Positions 8,543-17,693 are shown, numbered from the stretch's first letter. The stretch is DNA of 64,000 nucleotides from a virus (IMGVR_UViG_3300046460_000097), one strand, 5' to 3'. The notes: generated by a model not told the origin, from the sequence alone. Numbers and translations: made by a program.

Positions 8543-10198
8543 ATGCAGCGATTCATGAAAATTACCGATACCCAAGACATGGTAGAAGACGTTATGATGG
8601 ACGTCGCCAAGGCTGTGGTATCCACCATGGGTCCTAATGGCAGGCTGGCACTCATCTCCGTCGGTACCAACAAGAAAGTAACCAAAGATGGTGTAACGGT
8701 TGCTCGGTCTATCAAGTTCGAAGACCCCTTCAAAGAACTGATCAACAAAGTCATCACTGAACCAGCGGTCAAGACTGACGTTGAATGTGGTGATGGTACT
8801 ACCACTACCATCCTGCTGACGGCTGAGCTGTATAGCCTGTTCAGTCAGTTCCCGGGTTACCGTGAGCAGAAGTTCATCGAGCGTCTGGGTGGTCTTCTGA
8901 TCGACGAGCTGCAGCGTATGGCTCGTGTTGTAACGGTCGGTAGCCCAGAGCTGTACCAGATGGCCCTCACGTCCTCTAACGGCGACGTAGAGCTATCCAA
9001 GGTCATCACTGACATCTATGCTCAAGCGAATGGCAAGTTCCCTGAGATCGAACTCAAGGAAGGTGTGACTCGTGCTGACAAGGTTGTACACAGTGACGGC
9101 CTGCCGGTCAAGATGGAATTCTCCAATCCATCGTTCAGCGCAACTGGTAACGGTGCCGATACTGACTTCGAACGTTATGTTCCGTTGGTAATCGACGACA
9201 ACCTGCGTTCCATGCAGCCAGATCAGGCGGTGGAGTTCTTCCGTAAGCTGTTCGACAAGTACAACTTCGGCAAGGACATTGAAGGTGTGGTCATTCCTGT
9301 ACTGCTGATTGCTCGTTCGATCGACAACAGTCTGAACAGTCTGATCATGCAGATCAACAACGTTTCGCCGAAGGTGAAGTTCATCGGCGTTCAAACCAAC
9401 TTCGGCGGTTCGGTTGGTACGTTGCTGATGCAGGACATCGCCATCATGTTGGGTGTTCCGTTCTTCAAGACGCTGGCAGATACACTGCACCAAGATGTTA
9501 AGGCGTGCACTGTTCCTCTGACTGTAGGCTCTCGTCGTTCGGTGATCCGTCCGAATGATCCGGTAACCAAGACACGTATCACTGATCGTGCCAAGGAAAT
9601 CGAAACCGAGCTGGGTACTTATGAAGCGGGCGATCGTTTCAGTATGCGTGCGAAGTTCAACGAACAACGTATGCGTAGTCTGCTTGGCGAACTGGTCACT
9701 GTGTTTGTTGGCGGTGAAACTCAGTCGGAAGTGAAAGAACGTCTGGACCGTTTCGAAGACGTGGGCAAGGCAGTTAAGTCGGCGTTGATTAACGGCATCC
9801 TGCCAGGCGTCGGTTCTGCAATGATTACTGCCGGTCAGTTCGTCTTCGGCGCACTGGATGAGCAGGAGCTGTTGGACTACCCTCCATTTCAGAAGATCGT
9901 TGACGTTATGGAGAAGATCACTTTCGCTCAATTCTTCTTGTTGATGAAGGGGATTGTTTCGGAAGACCAGATGCTCAACATCAAAGCAAATGTCATCGAC
10001 ATGGACTGCCCAGAGCCGATCCGTGTGCTGAACTTGGCAACTGGTGAATGGGGTACTCCGGCGGCGCTGGGTATCTACGATACTGCTTATGCGTCGATCA
10101 CTGCGCTGAAGGGTGGTCTGCAAACGGCCAAGATCTTGGCTAACTTGGATAGTGTTCTGCTTGGCGATAAATCGTCCGCAGTACAAATCCAGGACTAA
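8543..10198 (+). CDS. groEL: Phage GroEL-like chaperonin
   Basis: 551 aa; STMGPNGR, TKDGVTVARSI, GDGTTT nucleotide-binding motif, VFVGGETQSEVKERLDRFED, GILPGVG. Confidence 0.95.
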   Translation: MQRFMKITDTQDMVEDVMMDVAKAVVSTMGPNGRLALISVGTNKKVTKDGVTVARSIKFEDPFKELINKVITEPAVKTDVECGDGTTTTILLTAELYSLFSQFPGYREQKFIERLGGLLIDELQRMARVVTVGSPELYQMALTSSNGDVELSKVITDIYAQANGKFPEIELKEGVTRADKVVHSDGLPVKMEFSNPSFSATGNGADTDFERYVPLVIDDNLRSMQPDQAVEFFRKLFDKYNFGKDIEGVVIPVLLIARSIDNSLNSLIMQINNVSPKVKFIGVQTNFGGSVGTLLMQDIAIMLGVPFFKTLADTLHQDVKACTVPLTVGSRRSVIRPNDPVTKTRITDRAKEIETELGTYEAGDRFSMRAKFNEQRMRSLLGELVTVFVGGETQSEVKERLDRFEDVGKAVKSALINGILPGVGSAMITAGQFVFGALDEQELLDYPPFQKIVDVMEKITFAQFFLLMKGIVSEDQMLNIKANVIDMDCPEPIRVLNLATGEWGTPAALGIYDTAYASITALKGGLQTAKILANLDSVLLGDKSSAVQIQD

Positions 10199-10217
10199 CC
10201 ACGAAACTGTAGTGAAT

Positions 10218-10245
10218 GGGGGTCTTCGGATCCCCTTTCTTTTTT
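10218..10245 (+). terminator. Rho-independent terminator after the chaperonin
   Basis: GGGGGTC-TTCG-GATCCCC followed by a T run. Confidence 0.75.
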
Positions 10246-10263
10246 GCAATACAAGAGGTTGTT

Positions 10264-10485
10264 ATGACAAAGGAAATGGTTGAACTGCTTAAACCGTTTA
10301 GCTGTCTGTTCATTCTTATTTTGATTGCCGCTGGTGTTGGGTCGGGTAAAGATAGTTATTATCTGGCGGTGGCGTTCTACTGCTGGTACATACTTCGTAG
10401 CGGTAATGGTGTGGGTCCTGCCATTATGCGGACATTGTTGATCGTTGGTGTTGTAGCGTTACTCGAATGGGTCTTTGGTATCTAG
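10264..10485 (+). CDS. Small membrane protein (3 hydrophobic segments)
   Basis: GAGG RBS before ATG 10264. Confidence 0.65.
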   Translation: MTKEMVELLKPFSCLFILILIAAGVGSGKDSYYLAVAFYCWYILRSGNGVGPAIMRTLLIVGVVALLEWVFGI

Positions 10486-10546
10486 TCTTTAGGGCGGATT
10501 CTATGCAGGGTTTATTCCAACCTTGTGAATTCCTCGGAGAACTCCA

Positions 10547-11128
10547 ATGGCTGGTAAAACGCACATTGCGCTTTTCGTTGAACGTTTCGTCAAGTTCAAC
10601 TTGAACCGCTACGCCGGAGATCCGGAAATGTTGCCCCTATTTCAGGGACTGACTGAGTCGGATCTTCAAATCAGTGATATTGCGACACAGCCCAACGGCC
10701 GTCGTAGTGCCACGATTGTTTCTGCATCGCGTAACTTTCGCGGTAATCCGCTTCAAACTTGGACGCCTGCGCCTGCGGCGACCACGCTGGGCTTATACTT
10801 GCTCAGAAACAGTACTCCTCTGGTTGACATCAACGCATTAGAAATCCAGACCATGCCAGGTTTGTATTCCTACCTCGACGCTGGTGTGCCAAAGGTAGGT
10901 GTTGTTATTGCTTCCTCTGTTGCTGCTGGCGCTGAGAAAGCTGCGATTGAAAGCGTAGTCCGTGCTAATTTGGCCTACGATATCCCAACCATCGTTACTG
11001 TCGGTAACGACACCTTTACCCAGCTTATCGGCGACACTTTCTACGGTAATCTGGAATGGGTGAAAGGCATCGTACCAATCAAGGTGATTCCACCTACTGA
11101 CTATGGTGTCCTGACCAACCCCACGTAA
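10547..11128 (+). CDS. Probable virion protein, paralog of 30685-31275
   Basis: GGAG RBS; LFVERFVKFNLNRY matches LFLDRFIAYNQERY of the tail-cluster gene. Confidence 0.7.
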   Translation: MAGKTHIALFVERFVKFNLNRYAGDPEMLPLFQGLTESDLQISDIATQPNGRRSATIVSASRNFRGNPLQTWTPAPAATTLGLYLLRNSTPLVDINALEIQTMPGLYSYLDAGVPKVGVVIASSVAAGAEKAAIESVVRANLAYDIPTIVTVGNDTFTQLIGDTFYGNLEWVKGIVPIKVIPPTDYGVLTNPT

Positions 11129-11140
11129 CCGCTGTACTAA

Positions 11141-11172
11141 ATCCACCACTGGGGTCAAACCTAGTGGTGGAT
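11141..11172 (+). terminator. Stem-loop terminator
   Basis: ATCCACCACTGGG...CCTAGTGGTGGAT. Confidence 0.6.
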
Positions 11173-11259
11173 TTATATGGCCGGTACACGAATATTTAAT
11201 GTAACTATGATGACTATTGTTTACACCAGAAAAAAGGTCATCATTAATAAGGAACTACC

Positions 11260-11820
11260 ATGACCGTACAAATAAAAGCAGATTTCACTACCGCGGTTGA
11301 GGTAGAGGACGAGTTCGCGTCGACTATGCGTGCTCTGGATCCAAAGTTCGCAGCATTGTTCTTAGATAAGAAAGTCGCCAAAAATACGCTGCGTGAACTG
11401 GTGTACTGCGTTGACCATCTGTACGAACTGATGGAGATCAAAGGCTGTCCGGTAAGTACGACTCTGATGAGCCCCGACACCGAGACATTCAAGATCGAAG
11501 CCTTCTTCCTGTTTAATGAATTGTTCCGCATGACGAACAACCATTCCTGGAAGATGTCTGTGGTCAACAACGAAGTAAAGGCATCTCTGCGCGATTTCTT
11601 TGCACAGGGTTACCTGACTACCATTGGGTTCTTAATGGACACACTGGGGGTGGATGAGTTCGAGTTCACGATCGACAGACGGCTGTGCTCGTTGGTACTT
11701 AACGAGATTGTCCCCGATTCGAAACTCAACGTCTTGGAGTTCTACGACTTCGAGGAAAAGATAGGGCTCAAGATTCCGTTTGCAAGGAGCCGCGCCGGTC
11801 ACTCTTTAAAGGTGAAATGA
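11260..11820 (+). CDS. Hypothetical protein
   Basis: AAGGA RBS. Confidence 0.75.
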   Translation: MTVQIKADFTTAVEVEDEFASTMRALDPKFAALFLDKKVAKNTLRELVYCVDHLYELMEIKGCPVSTTLMSPDTETFKIEAFFLFNELFRMTNNHSWKMSVVNNEVKASLRDFFAQGYLTTIGFLMDTLGVDEFEFTIDRRLCSLVLNEIVPDSKLNVLEFYDFEEKIGLKIPFARSRAGHSLKVK

Positions 11821-11996
11821 TCATGATAGATCCAAGAGACCTGCTAGACGAAGAAGGTGAATTTAAAACAGGCATCATTGACAAGATTTATCAGCAACAA
11901 CGTAGGCGTCGTATCCGGGTATTTAGTTTGATCGCTGTTTTGTGCGTTATTGCCTTAGTAGTAGGCGCGGTGATCGGCTTTAAGGTTGGTGTTTAA
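11817..11996 (+). CDS. 59-aa membrane protein missing from the ORF track
   Basis: ATGA overlap with the upstream stop; MIMIDPRDLLDEEGEF...QQQRRRRIRVFSLIAVLCVIALVVGAVIGFKVGV*. Confidence 0.65.
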   Translation: MIMIDPRDLLDEEGEFKTGIIDKIYQQQRRRRIRVFSLIAVLCVIALVVGAVIGFKVGV

Positions 11997-12089
11997 GATA
12001 AGGACATCTTCAGACCTACATTACCTAGGGGTAGCAAAGACGCTCGTTTAATTGTGGTATTTTCCACGTTAGGTAAAAAGGGATCGAAT

Positions 12090-12644
12090 ATGTTAGAAGC
12101 ACTGAGAAGGACGGAGGATCACGATGGACTGATAACTAATAATACCGAGAGCAAAAGACTTAAGTATTTCAAGTACGTAATGAACGACGAGTTTGTGAAT
12201 GCTTTCATGGCTTCCATGGGTGACATCCACAAACTGCAAGAGTTCGTCTACGCTATCGATGTCTTGGTAGAAATTAGCAGAAGTCGTGACTTCCCTTCAG
12301 GCCGTTTGCTGAACAACGTCGACATCACTCAGAAGGCAGCATTCACACTCGGACAGCTGGCCCGGTGGACACGCGACAAATCGTTGTTCGGTTGCCAAGT
12401 AACACCCGACACAGCCGAACTCGTCGACGAATTTTTCAGTTATAACTATCCCGAGTTATTCGGTGAGTTTTTCAACAAGACCAAGTTCCCGTTTGCAGCA
12501 TTTACATTAGACGGAGTTTGGTACCAGTTGATGATCGTCAGAGAGTTCTCCGCCCTGCGCGAGTACGCAGCAGTGAAACTCATAAGCAGTCAGTCAGATA
12601 TCGCCGTCTACATTCCGTTCCTTAAATCCCGGCTAGGGCTTTGA
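12090..12644 (+). CDS. Hypothetical protein
   Basis: AGGGA RBS before ATG 12090. Confidence 0.7.
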   Translation: MLEALRRTEDHDGLITNNTESKRLKYFKYVMNDEFVNAFMASMGDIHKLQEFVYAIDVLVEISRSRDFPSGRLLNNVDITQKAAFTLGQLARWTRDKSLFGCQVTPDTAELVDEFFSYNYPELFGEFFNKTKFPFAAFTLDGVWYQLMIVREFSALREYAAVKLISSQSDIAVYIPFLKSRLGL

Positions 12645-12651
12645 GTGAGAC

Positions 12652-12688
12652 TATTACCCTTACTAGCACGGTGCTAGTAAGGGTAATA
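12652..12688. terminator. Perfect 18-bp inverted repeat, 1-nt centre
   Basis: TATTACCCTTACTAGCAC-G-GTGCTAGTAAGGGTAATA then T-rich tract. Confidence 0.7.
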
Positions 12689-12747
12689 TATTTCTTTTTT
12701 ACACCGCTGTAACTTTGTAACGCACTACCAACAAGGAGTTTTACCCA

Positions 12748-13686
12748 ATGACAATCCAAGAACAGGCGCCACAGGTTATCACCGAAGAGGAAATGCTTAA
12801 GCTTGCTCCGAATGCCAGTAAAGAGACAGTTAATCTTGCCTCAAACGGAGATGCTTACGTCTGGCATGAAGGCAAGGAGGGTTACCAAAACCTTGGGCAC
12901 GTTTCTACCTTGAGACCAACTATTAGCGACGGGGCTCATACCAACGAGATTCCGGTCTCTGACGTTTTGCCTGAAGCATCGTACCATTCAACACCTGCTC
13001 ATATTCCTTCTGCGGAAGAGCAGCGTGAGGCAAAGATCGTTAACAAAGCACATCCTTCACTGGATGATGTGTCTACATTGCTGGAAGGGGCCTTGCAGAA
13101 GCTTGAGGGCGAAGAAAGTGATGCTGCTTTCAAAGCACTCGATGCCTTGAAGAAGGTAAGGGTTGATCTGCGTCGTAAGCGTCGTAATACCTGGCTGCGT
13201 TGGTTGCTCTTCTGGGCGATCGTGGGTGGTGTGGTTTACGGTCTGTATAAGTGGATACCTACTCAGGTGGTGTCCGGTCGTTATACCGTACCAAAGGTAT
13301 GTTCCGCTCCTTTCGGTCCCGGGTTGATTCAAGGTATGCGCTACTACAACTATACCTACAAATCGTTGTTCGGCGTTCACTTTACTCTGGAAAGCACTGT
13401 ACGGGAAGAGACCGACGTCACCAAGAACGGGCAGGAGTTCACTATCTTTGGCTTGTCTCCTCGTAATGAGGCTGCAACCGAGGAAGAGATGGCGCTGGCT
13501 GACAAGGTATTGAAAGCTGCCGAGGTAGAAGTGGAAGGTGTTCCTAAACCACCTAAAGGTAAATGGTGGCGTATAAACGTTTGGTCGAGTGACAAAGGTA
13601 CTCAGTGGATGAAACCAGCCGAGCTGTATTTGTTCGCGTCTGAGAAGTACACCACGTTGGTTGCGTACAAAGACTTCTGCAAATGA
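12748..13686 (+). CDS. Bitopic membrane protein
   Basis: AAGGAG RBS; RRKRR followed by WLRWLLFWAIVGGVVYGLYKWI. Confidence 0.8.
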   Translation: MTIQEQAPQVITEEEMLKLAPNASKETVNLASNGDAYVWHEGKEGYQNLGHVSTLRPTISDGAHTNEIPVSDVLPEASYHSTPAHIPSAEEQREAKIVNKAHPSLDDVSTLLEGALQKLEGEESDAAFKALDALKKVRVDLRRKRRNTWLRWLLFWAIVGGVVYGLYKWIPTQVVSGRYTVPKVCSAPFGPGLIQGMRYYNYTYKSLFGVHFTLESTVREETDVTKNGQEFTIFGLSPRNEAATEEEMALADKVLKAAEVEVEGVPKPPKGKWWRINVWSSDKGTQWMKPAELYLFASEKYTTLVAYKDFCK

Positions 13687-14204
13687 AGGGCATCCAACTT
13701 TACGATGGTAAAAATGTCCGTATGCTGGCGTATACGGGACGGGTTAATTACAAAGAGGCTTATGAGATGAACAATCGTTATCCTAACGTCGGTACGATCG
13801 GTCATGTTGATCACAGTCGTCACACGTATTCGATTCTGCCGGAACTGGTGGACTGGAACAACGGGCTGGTTCGTGTGGGTGGTCGTATCATTCATGATCT
13901 CCGTGTTAAGGAAGAAGTTCAGCCTGAACACATGATCATCAACCCACGCACAGTTTCTGTGATGAACGAGCTCTATATGCAGTCGGCCCACACCGATATC
14001 GGCAAGAGTGTGTTCTTCCAAGACCAACGGTTGCTGGAAGATCGTCGTTCGGTGATTCCTACCAAGCAACAGATCGCCATCGACATCATCTACAACCGTC
14101 GCCTGAAACAAATGCAGGCAATGCGTAACGCGGTCGTTGTGAAGTACGACGAAGAACAAATCCAGGAGCTGTTGAATGGACAAGGTATTAAAGACGGTAC
14201 GTAG
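13683..14204 (+). CDS. Hypothetical protein carrying an EF-Tu G1-like decapeptide (alternative start 13767)
   Basis: NVGTIGHVDH at 13785-13814; no other GTPase motifs seen. Confidence 0.7.
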   Translation: MKGIQLYDGKNVRMLAYTGRVNYKEAYEMNNRYPNVGTIGHVDHSRHTYSILPELVDWNNGLVRVGGRIIHDLRVKEEVQPEHMIINPRTVSVMNELYMQSAHTDIGKSVFFQDQRLLEDRRSVIPTKQQIAIDIIYNRRLKQMQAMRNAVVVKYDEEQIQELLNGQGIKDGT

Positions 14205-14703
14205 TCGACTGCTTACAACGGGCCAACTATTCCACATCAGTTTCAACGGGGCTCTAGCGGGCCTGTGGACACCGGGTACTCAAGCAGGCTTCGATGTACC
14301 GGGTGAACACGAGGACAGCTCCTGGGCTTATCCAGAGCCTCCTATGGCTGCAATTGCGGTAGCGCCTAAGGTGGAAGACTGTTTCCGTGGTGTCTTCCCC
14401 AATGTGGCGAAGTTCTTTGAGGTCGAGAAATATCCTCATATGAACTTCTACGTTTATCGTCCTGTGTTCGAGGGTGATGAACGAGTGGTTACCCCACAAG
14501 TCCTTACTAAGGATCGGTGGGTTTGGGACGCTCATGTTACTCATGAGCATCGCATCATTGATCCCGTGGAGATGGAACTGGTGGGCGAGGTAGAGATTAT
14601 GAACTGTAACTCCTCACCTACCATGCAAACTCATCCCTACGGATACATTGGTTATCCAAAGGAGTCTGTTGGTCCTACGACCATCAAGTACCGTTGGCTT
14701 TAG
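14176..14703 (+). CDS. Hypothetical protein, possible ADP-ribosyltransferase-like fold
   Basis: LFHIS ... AIAVAP..EDC ... FYVY ... VWDAHVTHEH pattern (inference). Confidence 0.55.
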   Translation: MDKVLKTVRSRLLTTGQLFHISFNGALAGLWTPGTQAGFDVPGEHEDSSWAYPEPPMAAIAVAPKVEDCFRGVFPNVAKFFEVEKYPHMNFYVYRPVFEGDERVVTPQVLTKDRWVWDAHVTHEHRIIDPVEMELVGEVEIMNCNSSPTMQTHPYGYIGYPKESVGPTTIKYRWL

Positions 14704-14711
14704 GAGGTACC

Positions 14712-14960
14712 ATGAGTACAACTGCAGCGATTCTCACAAAGGTAAGCGACAAGTTGGAAGCAGCGTTTAACAAAGGCGCTGATGGTGGTACTTACGCTTC
14801 ATTCGAGGAACTGCGTTCCGCGTTCCTTGCTGAACTCGTCAATGACCTGCCCCAAGACAAAGCACCTACCTTTGTTGACCGTGCACTTATGCACATTGAG
14901 CACATGACTGTTCGGTTCTCCACCGCCCCTAAGCGGAGGGTAACCAATGAAGGACAATAA
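14712..14960 (+). CDS. Hypothetical protein
   Basis: AGGAGG RBS before ATG 14712. Confidence 0.7.
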   Translation: MSTTAAILTKVSDKLEAAFNKGADGGTYASFEELRSAFLAELVNDLPQDKAPTFVDRALMHIEHMTVRFSTAPKRRVTNEGQ

Positions 14961-15480
14961 CAATCCGGATCAGGTCGTCATTGCTCGTGAGTTGTACGAC
15001 GAGCTAACGCGGTACGCTGATAGTTTTGCCTACATGCAGAAGGAAGGTGCGTTAACGGTAGTTGAGGGGAACGCTACACTGAAACGTATGTCGCGTATCA
15101 AGTGGCACGCGCGTAAGTTCAACAAGCAACTCCGAGTTGAGCGCAAGGTAAACCTAGCCTTGGAATTGGATCGGGTTCGTCAGAGCAAGAAGGCGTTGTT
15201 TGCCTTACTGACGGTGTGTACCGGGAAGCAAGTGTGGCTGCAAGTGCATCCGATTCCAACTGGCGAGACCGTTTACATTCCGGTCACGTTACTGGGTCGA
15301 GGGGTGCGGTACAAAGAGTTCGCACTTATAAAGATGAAAGGTGGTGAAAAGGTTGAGAAACCAATTCACATGTTACTCCCCGAATTACCGGAAGGGTTTC
15401 ATTACCACACGTTGGGTCGCTATCACGGTTTGGCCATTAAACAACCACTGTTTAGCGGTGCCGTTGGCGAACTAAAATAA
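14947..15480 (+). CDS. Hypothetical basic protein
   Basis: GGAGG RBS, operon context. Confidence 0.7.
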   Translation: MKDNNNPDQVVIARELYDELTRYADSFAYMQKEGALTVVEGNATLKRMSRIKWHARKFNKQLRVERKVNLALELDRVRQSKKALFALLTVCTGKQVWLQVHPIPTGETVYIPVTLLGRGVRYKEFALIKMKGGEKVEKPIHMLLPELPEGFHYHTLGRYHGLAIKQPLFSGAVGELK

Positions 15481-15510
15481 TCTGTCTAACAAGACTAAGC
15501 AGGTAACAGC

Positions 15511-16101
15511 ATGATCTCCAAAGGCATTTGCTTTGATATGGATAGCTTCCCAATGCACACCGCAGGGGAAAGGCAGTTCCGGGTATCAGCTCAAACGGGT
15601 GAACTCTTTAAGGGCAGGATTCCATTTGCCCGCTTTGGTCATCCGGCACCGTTGATTCGTCATGGGCTTAACCACCCTATCGAGTTCTACTGTGTAACTC
15701 TATCGGAACCTGGGATCCTGATAGCACTAAGTGATGACCGGCAAACACGGTATTATTGGATCACTCCAAGCGGTCGTCGTTATCCCTACGTTGTAGATTC
15801 GCCCTCGCACAGCTTTGAACAGGCGTGGGATAGTTTGTTTGTGAATCTCCTGCTGGATGATCGGCAATATGCGATTGGGTTGTACAATCGTATTAGTCAC
15901 ATTTTCATCGAGTACATCAAGGAGAAAGAGAAACCCGTACAAGTGGCTGTTGACGGTCACTGGAATCGTGAGCGTGTTATGGCCGTACTGGAGTGGGATG
16001 AAAGCATGGGGGATCGTGCTGTACAAGTCACCCTGTCTGATCGTGCTCCAGTTCAAGTTCCCTTGGCAGATCACCCTTTGGCTGCCTTGCTTCGCAAATA
16101 A
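15511..16101 (+). CDS. Hypothetical protein, tandem paralog of 16128-16679
   Basis: Shared HSxExA..LF..L..DDR..A...Y and HPL motifs. Confidence 0.7.
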   Translation: MISKGICFDMDSFPMHTAGERQFRVSAQTGELFKGRIPFARFGHPAPLIRHGLNHPIEFYCVTLSEPGILIALSDDRQTRYYWITPSGRRYPYVVDSPSHSFEQAWDSLFVNLLLDDRQYAIGLYNRISHIFIEYIKEKEKPVQVAVDGHWNRERVMAVLEWDESMGDRAVQVTLSDRAPVQVPLADHPLAALLRK

Positions 16102-16127
16102 ACCATTAGTTACTTGAGGATACTGTT

Positions 16128-16679
16128 ATGAACAATCAATACGCCAACTTCCCTGTTTCCGCTGCTCGCCAAGAAATGTTTGCAGCTCAGTTCGAACAGA
16201 GTAAAAAGGCATTGGCCGCCGCTAGTAATTACTTCGGTGGGCTTACCGGTCGCAAGATGATGATGTCTGGCTGGGAATACGAGCTGCCTAGCGGTCTGCA
16301 GTTGCGCGTTAACCGTCTCCGTGGTCATACCTCCTTTATTGTATCTGAGGGCGGTGGCGGTACCATGTACCTCGTTAACGGCGAGTTCCACTCGTACGAA
16401 GAGGCGGTGTTGGGTCTGTTCAAGAAGCTGATGATTGACGACCGTGAACACGCTGTTAATTACTACGGTCTAGTAAAAGATTTCTTCATCTCCTATTTTA
16501 AGAAGGTGGAGAATAATTCCCTGTCCATGACCCTCACCGGAAAATGGAAGGGGCAGTTTGTACATCTGGATCTCGAAACCGTAACGGGCATGGGCGGGTC
16601 TCTTATCTCCATGCAAGTCGGCGGCAAGGAATTGATGGTGTCTCTCCACACTCACCCGTTGGTAGACCACCTGGGCTAA
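16128..16679 (+). CDS. Hypothetical protein, tandem paralog of 15511-16101
   Basis: GAGG RBS; motifs shared with the upstream gene. Confidence 0.75.
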   Translation: MNNQYANFPVSAARQEMFAAQFEQSKKALAAASNYFGGLTGRKMMMSGWEYELPSGLQLRVNRLRGHTSFIVSEGGGGTMYLVNGEFHSYEEAVLGLFKKLMIDDREHAVNYYGLVKDFFISYFKKVENNSLSMTLTGKWKGQFVHLDLETVTGMGGSLISMQVGGKELMVSLHTHPLVDHLG

Positions 16680-16694
16680 TTAGCCTGTAATTGG

Positions 16695-17477
16695 ATGATT
16701 GACATAAGGAAGCTGTTGATGAAAAATGCTAAAGCAACAAAAGCGATGACGCCAGCACCGGTTAACAATGTCCTGTCTCTGGTTCTGGACACTGGTGTTG
16801 ATTCGTCAAAACTGTTGGCCGTTGGTTTTACCGAGGAGTTCATCAATAGCTACGATGAACGTGTTATTCAGTTCCATAAGGCTACTCTCGATCCGTCGAC
16901 TATCGCCGGCAAGAACGAGATCCCTTTGACCATCACCGGGCGTTTCATCGGCATGGGTCAACTGAAGAACTCCACGGGTGAGTTGGCAGTGACTGTGGTG
17001 TATGCGACCAATCGCACCTACTACCTGGTCAAGAAGCAGCGTGCGGTATTCACCTTCGTGGTGGACGCTACTTCGCTGGGTATGAAGGACGCTATGCGGG
17101 AGATGTTGCGTTCCAACTTGCTGAAAGGTCCTCGTATCTTCGGCATGTCGGCGAACATTGTTGAAGGGTTCTGGGTAAAGGCCTTCCAGGCTGTCTGTGA
17201 TCGCGCTGAGATCATGGAAATCGAATTGAAGTCCAAGGATGGCTTGCCTGTCCCGTCGCGTCTCTACTTCGATCCTAAGCGCCCTGATAACAGTACGCTG
17301 TCTGTTGGTGGCTGGTGCTATCCGTTCAATCTGGTCGACTTCCCGAAGAAGGCCATTGCGGACGGCACCAAGCTGTGGATCAAGGATCAGGCCAAGAAGG
17401 TAGAACCCCAAGAAGCTCCACGGGGTAACCGCATCGTGCCGAAGCCTACCAACAAACGCATTGCTGAAGCAGCATAA
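16695..17477 (+). CDS. Hypothetical protein
   Basis: Long ORF, typical codon use. Confidence 0.75.
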   Translation: MIDIRKLLMKNAKATKAMTPAPVNNVLSLVLDTGVDSSKLLAVGFTEEFINSYDERVIQFHKATLDPSTIAGKNEIPLTITGRFIGMGQLKNSTGELAVTVVYATNRTYYLVKKQRAVFTFVVDATSLGMKDAMREMLRSNLLKGPRIFGMSANIVEGFWVKAFQAVCDRAEIMEIELKSKDGLPVPSRLYFDPKRPDNSTLSVGGWCYPFNLVDFPKKAIADGTKLWIKDQAKKVEPQEAPRGNRIVPKPTNKRIAEAA

Positions 17478-17489
17478 AGGAGTGTTCCC

Positions 17490-17684
17490 ATGCCAGTAGT
17501 TAATCAATCCCTCGAAGATCGTCTCAACGAACTCGCCAAGCGTTGTTCTCTGGACCACACCTCCATCATTCTGGAATTCGATCCAGTGGGTGAGAAGTGG
17601 ATCGGTAGTGTGGACGAAGAGCAAGACTTTGAAGGTGACTTGAACGAAGTCGTGGAAGCACTCGAAGCAGAGCTGGACATTTAG
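17490..17684 (+). CDS. Small acidic protein
   Basis: AAGGAG RBS; about 18 D/E versus 4 K/R in 64 aa. Confidence 0.75.
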   Translation: MPVVNQSLEDRLNELAKRCSLDHTSIILEFDPVGEKWIGSVDEEQDFEGDLNEVVEALEAELDI

Positions 17685-17693
17685 TAAATCAGC

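Noticed and set aside
8993-10249. 418-aa minus ORF opposite groEL (and similar shadows at 22821-24227, 37402-38427, 41875-42795, 47307-48533, 62909-63877)
   Set aside because: Each lies opposite a well-supported gene; antisense openness is expected with this codon usage
10216-10485. groES candidate downstream of groEL
   Set aside because: Product is hydrophobic and helical, with no GroES PL.DRV or mobile-loop motifs
680-12726. Shared TTTGTAAC.GCAC string after terminators at ~681 and ~12714
   Set aside because: Only two imperfect copies; cannot be told from chance without a genome-wide count
13683-14204. Calling this ORF a translation GTPase (tuf)
   Set aside because: Too short, GK of the P-loop is missing, no DxxG or NKxD motifs
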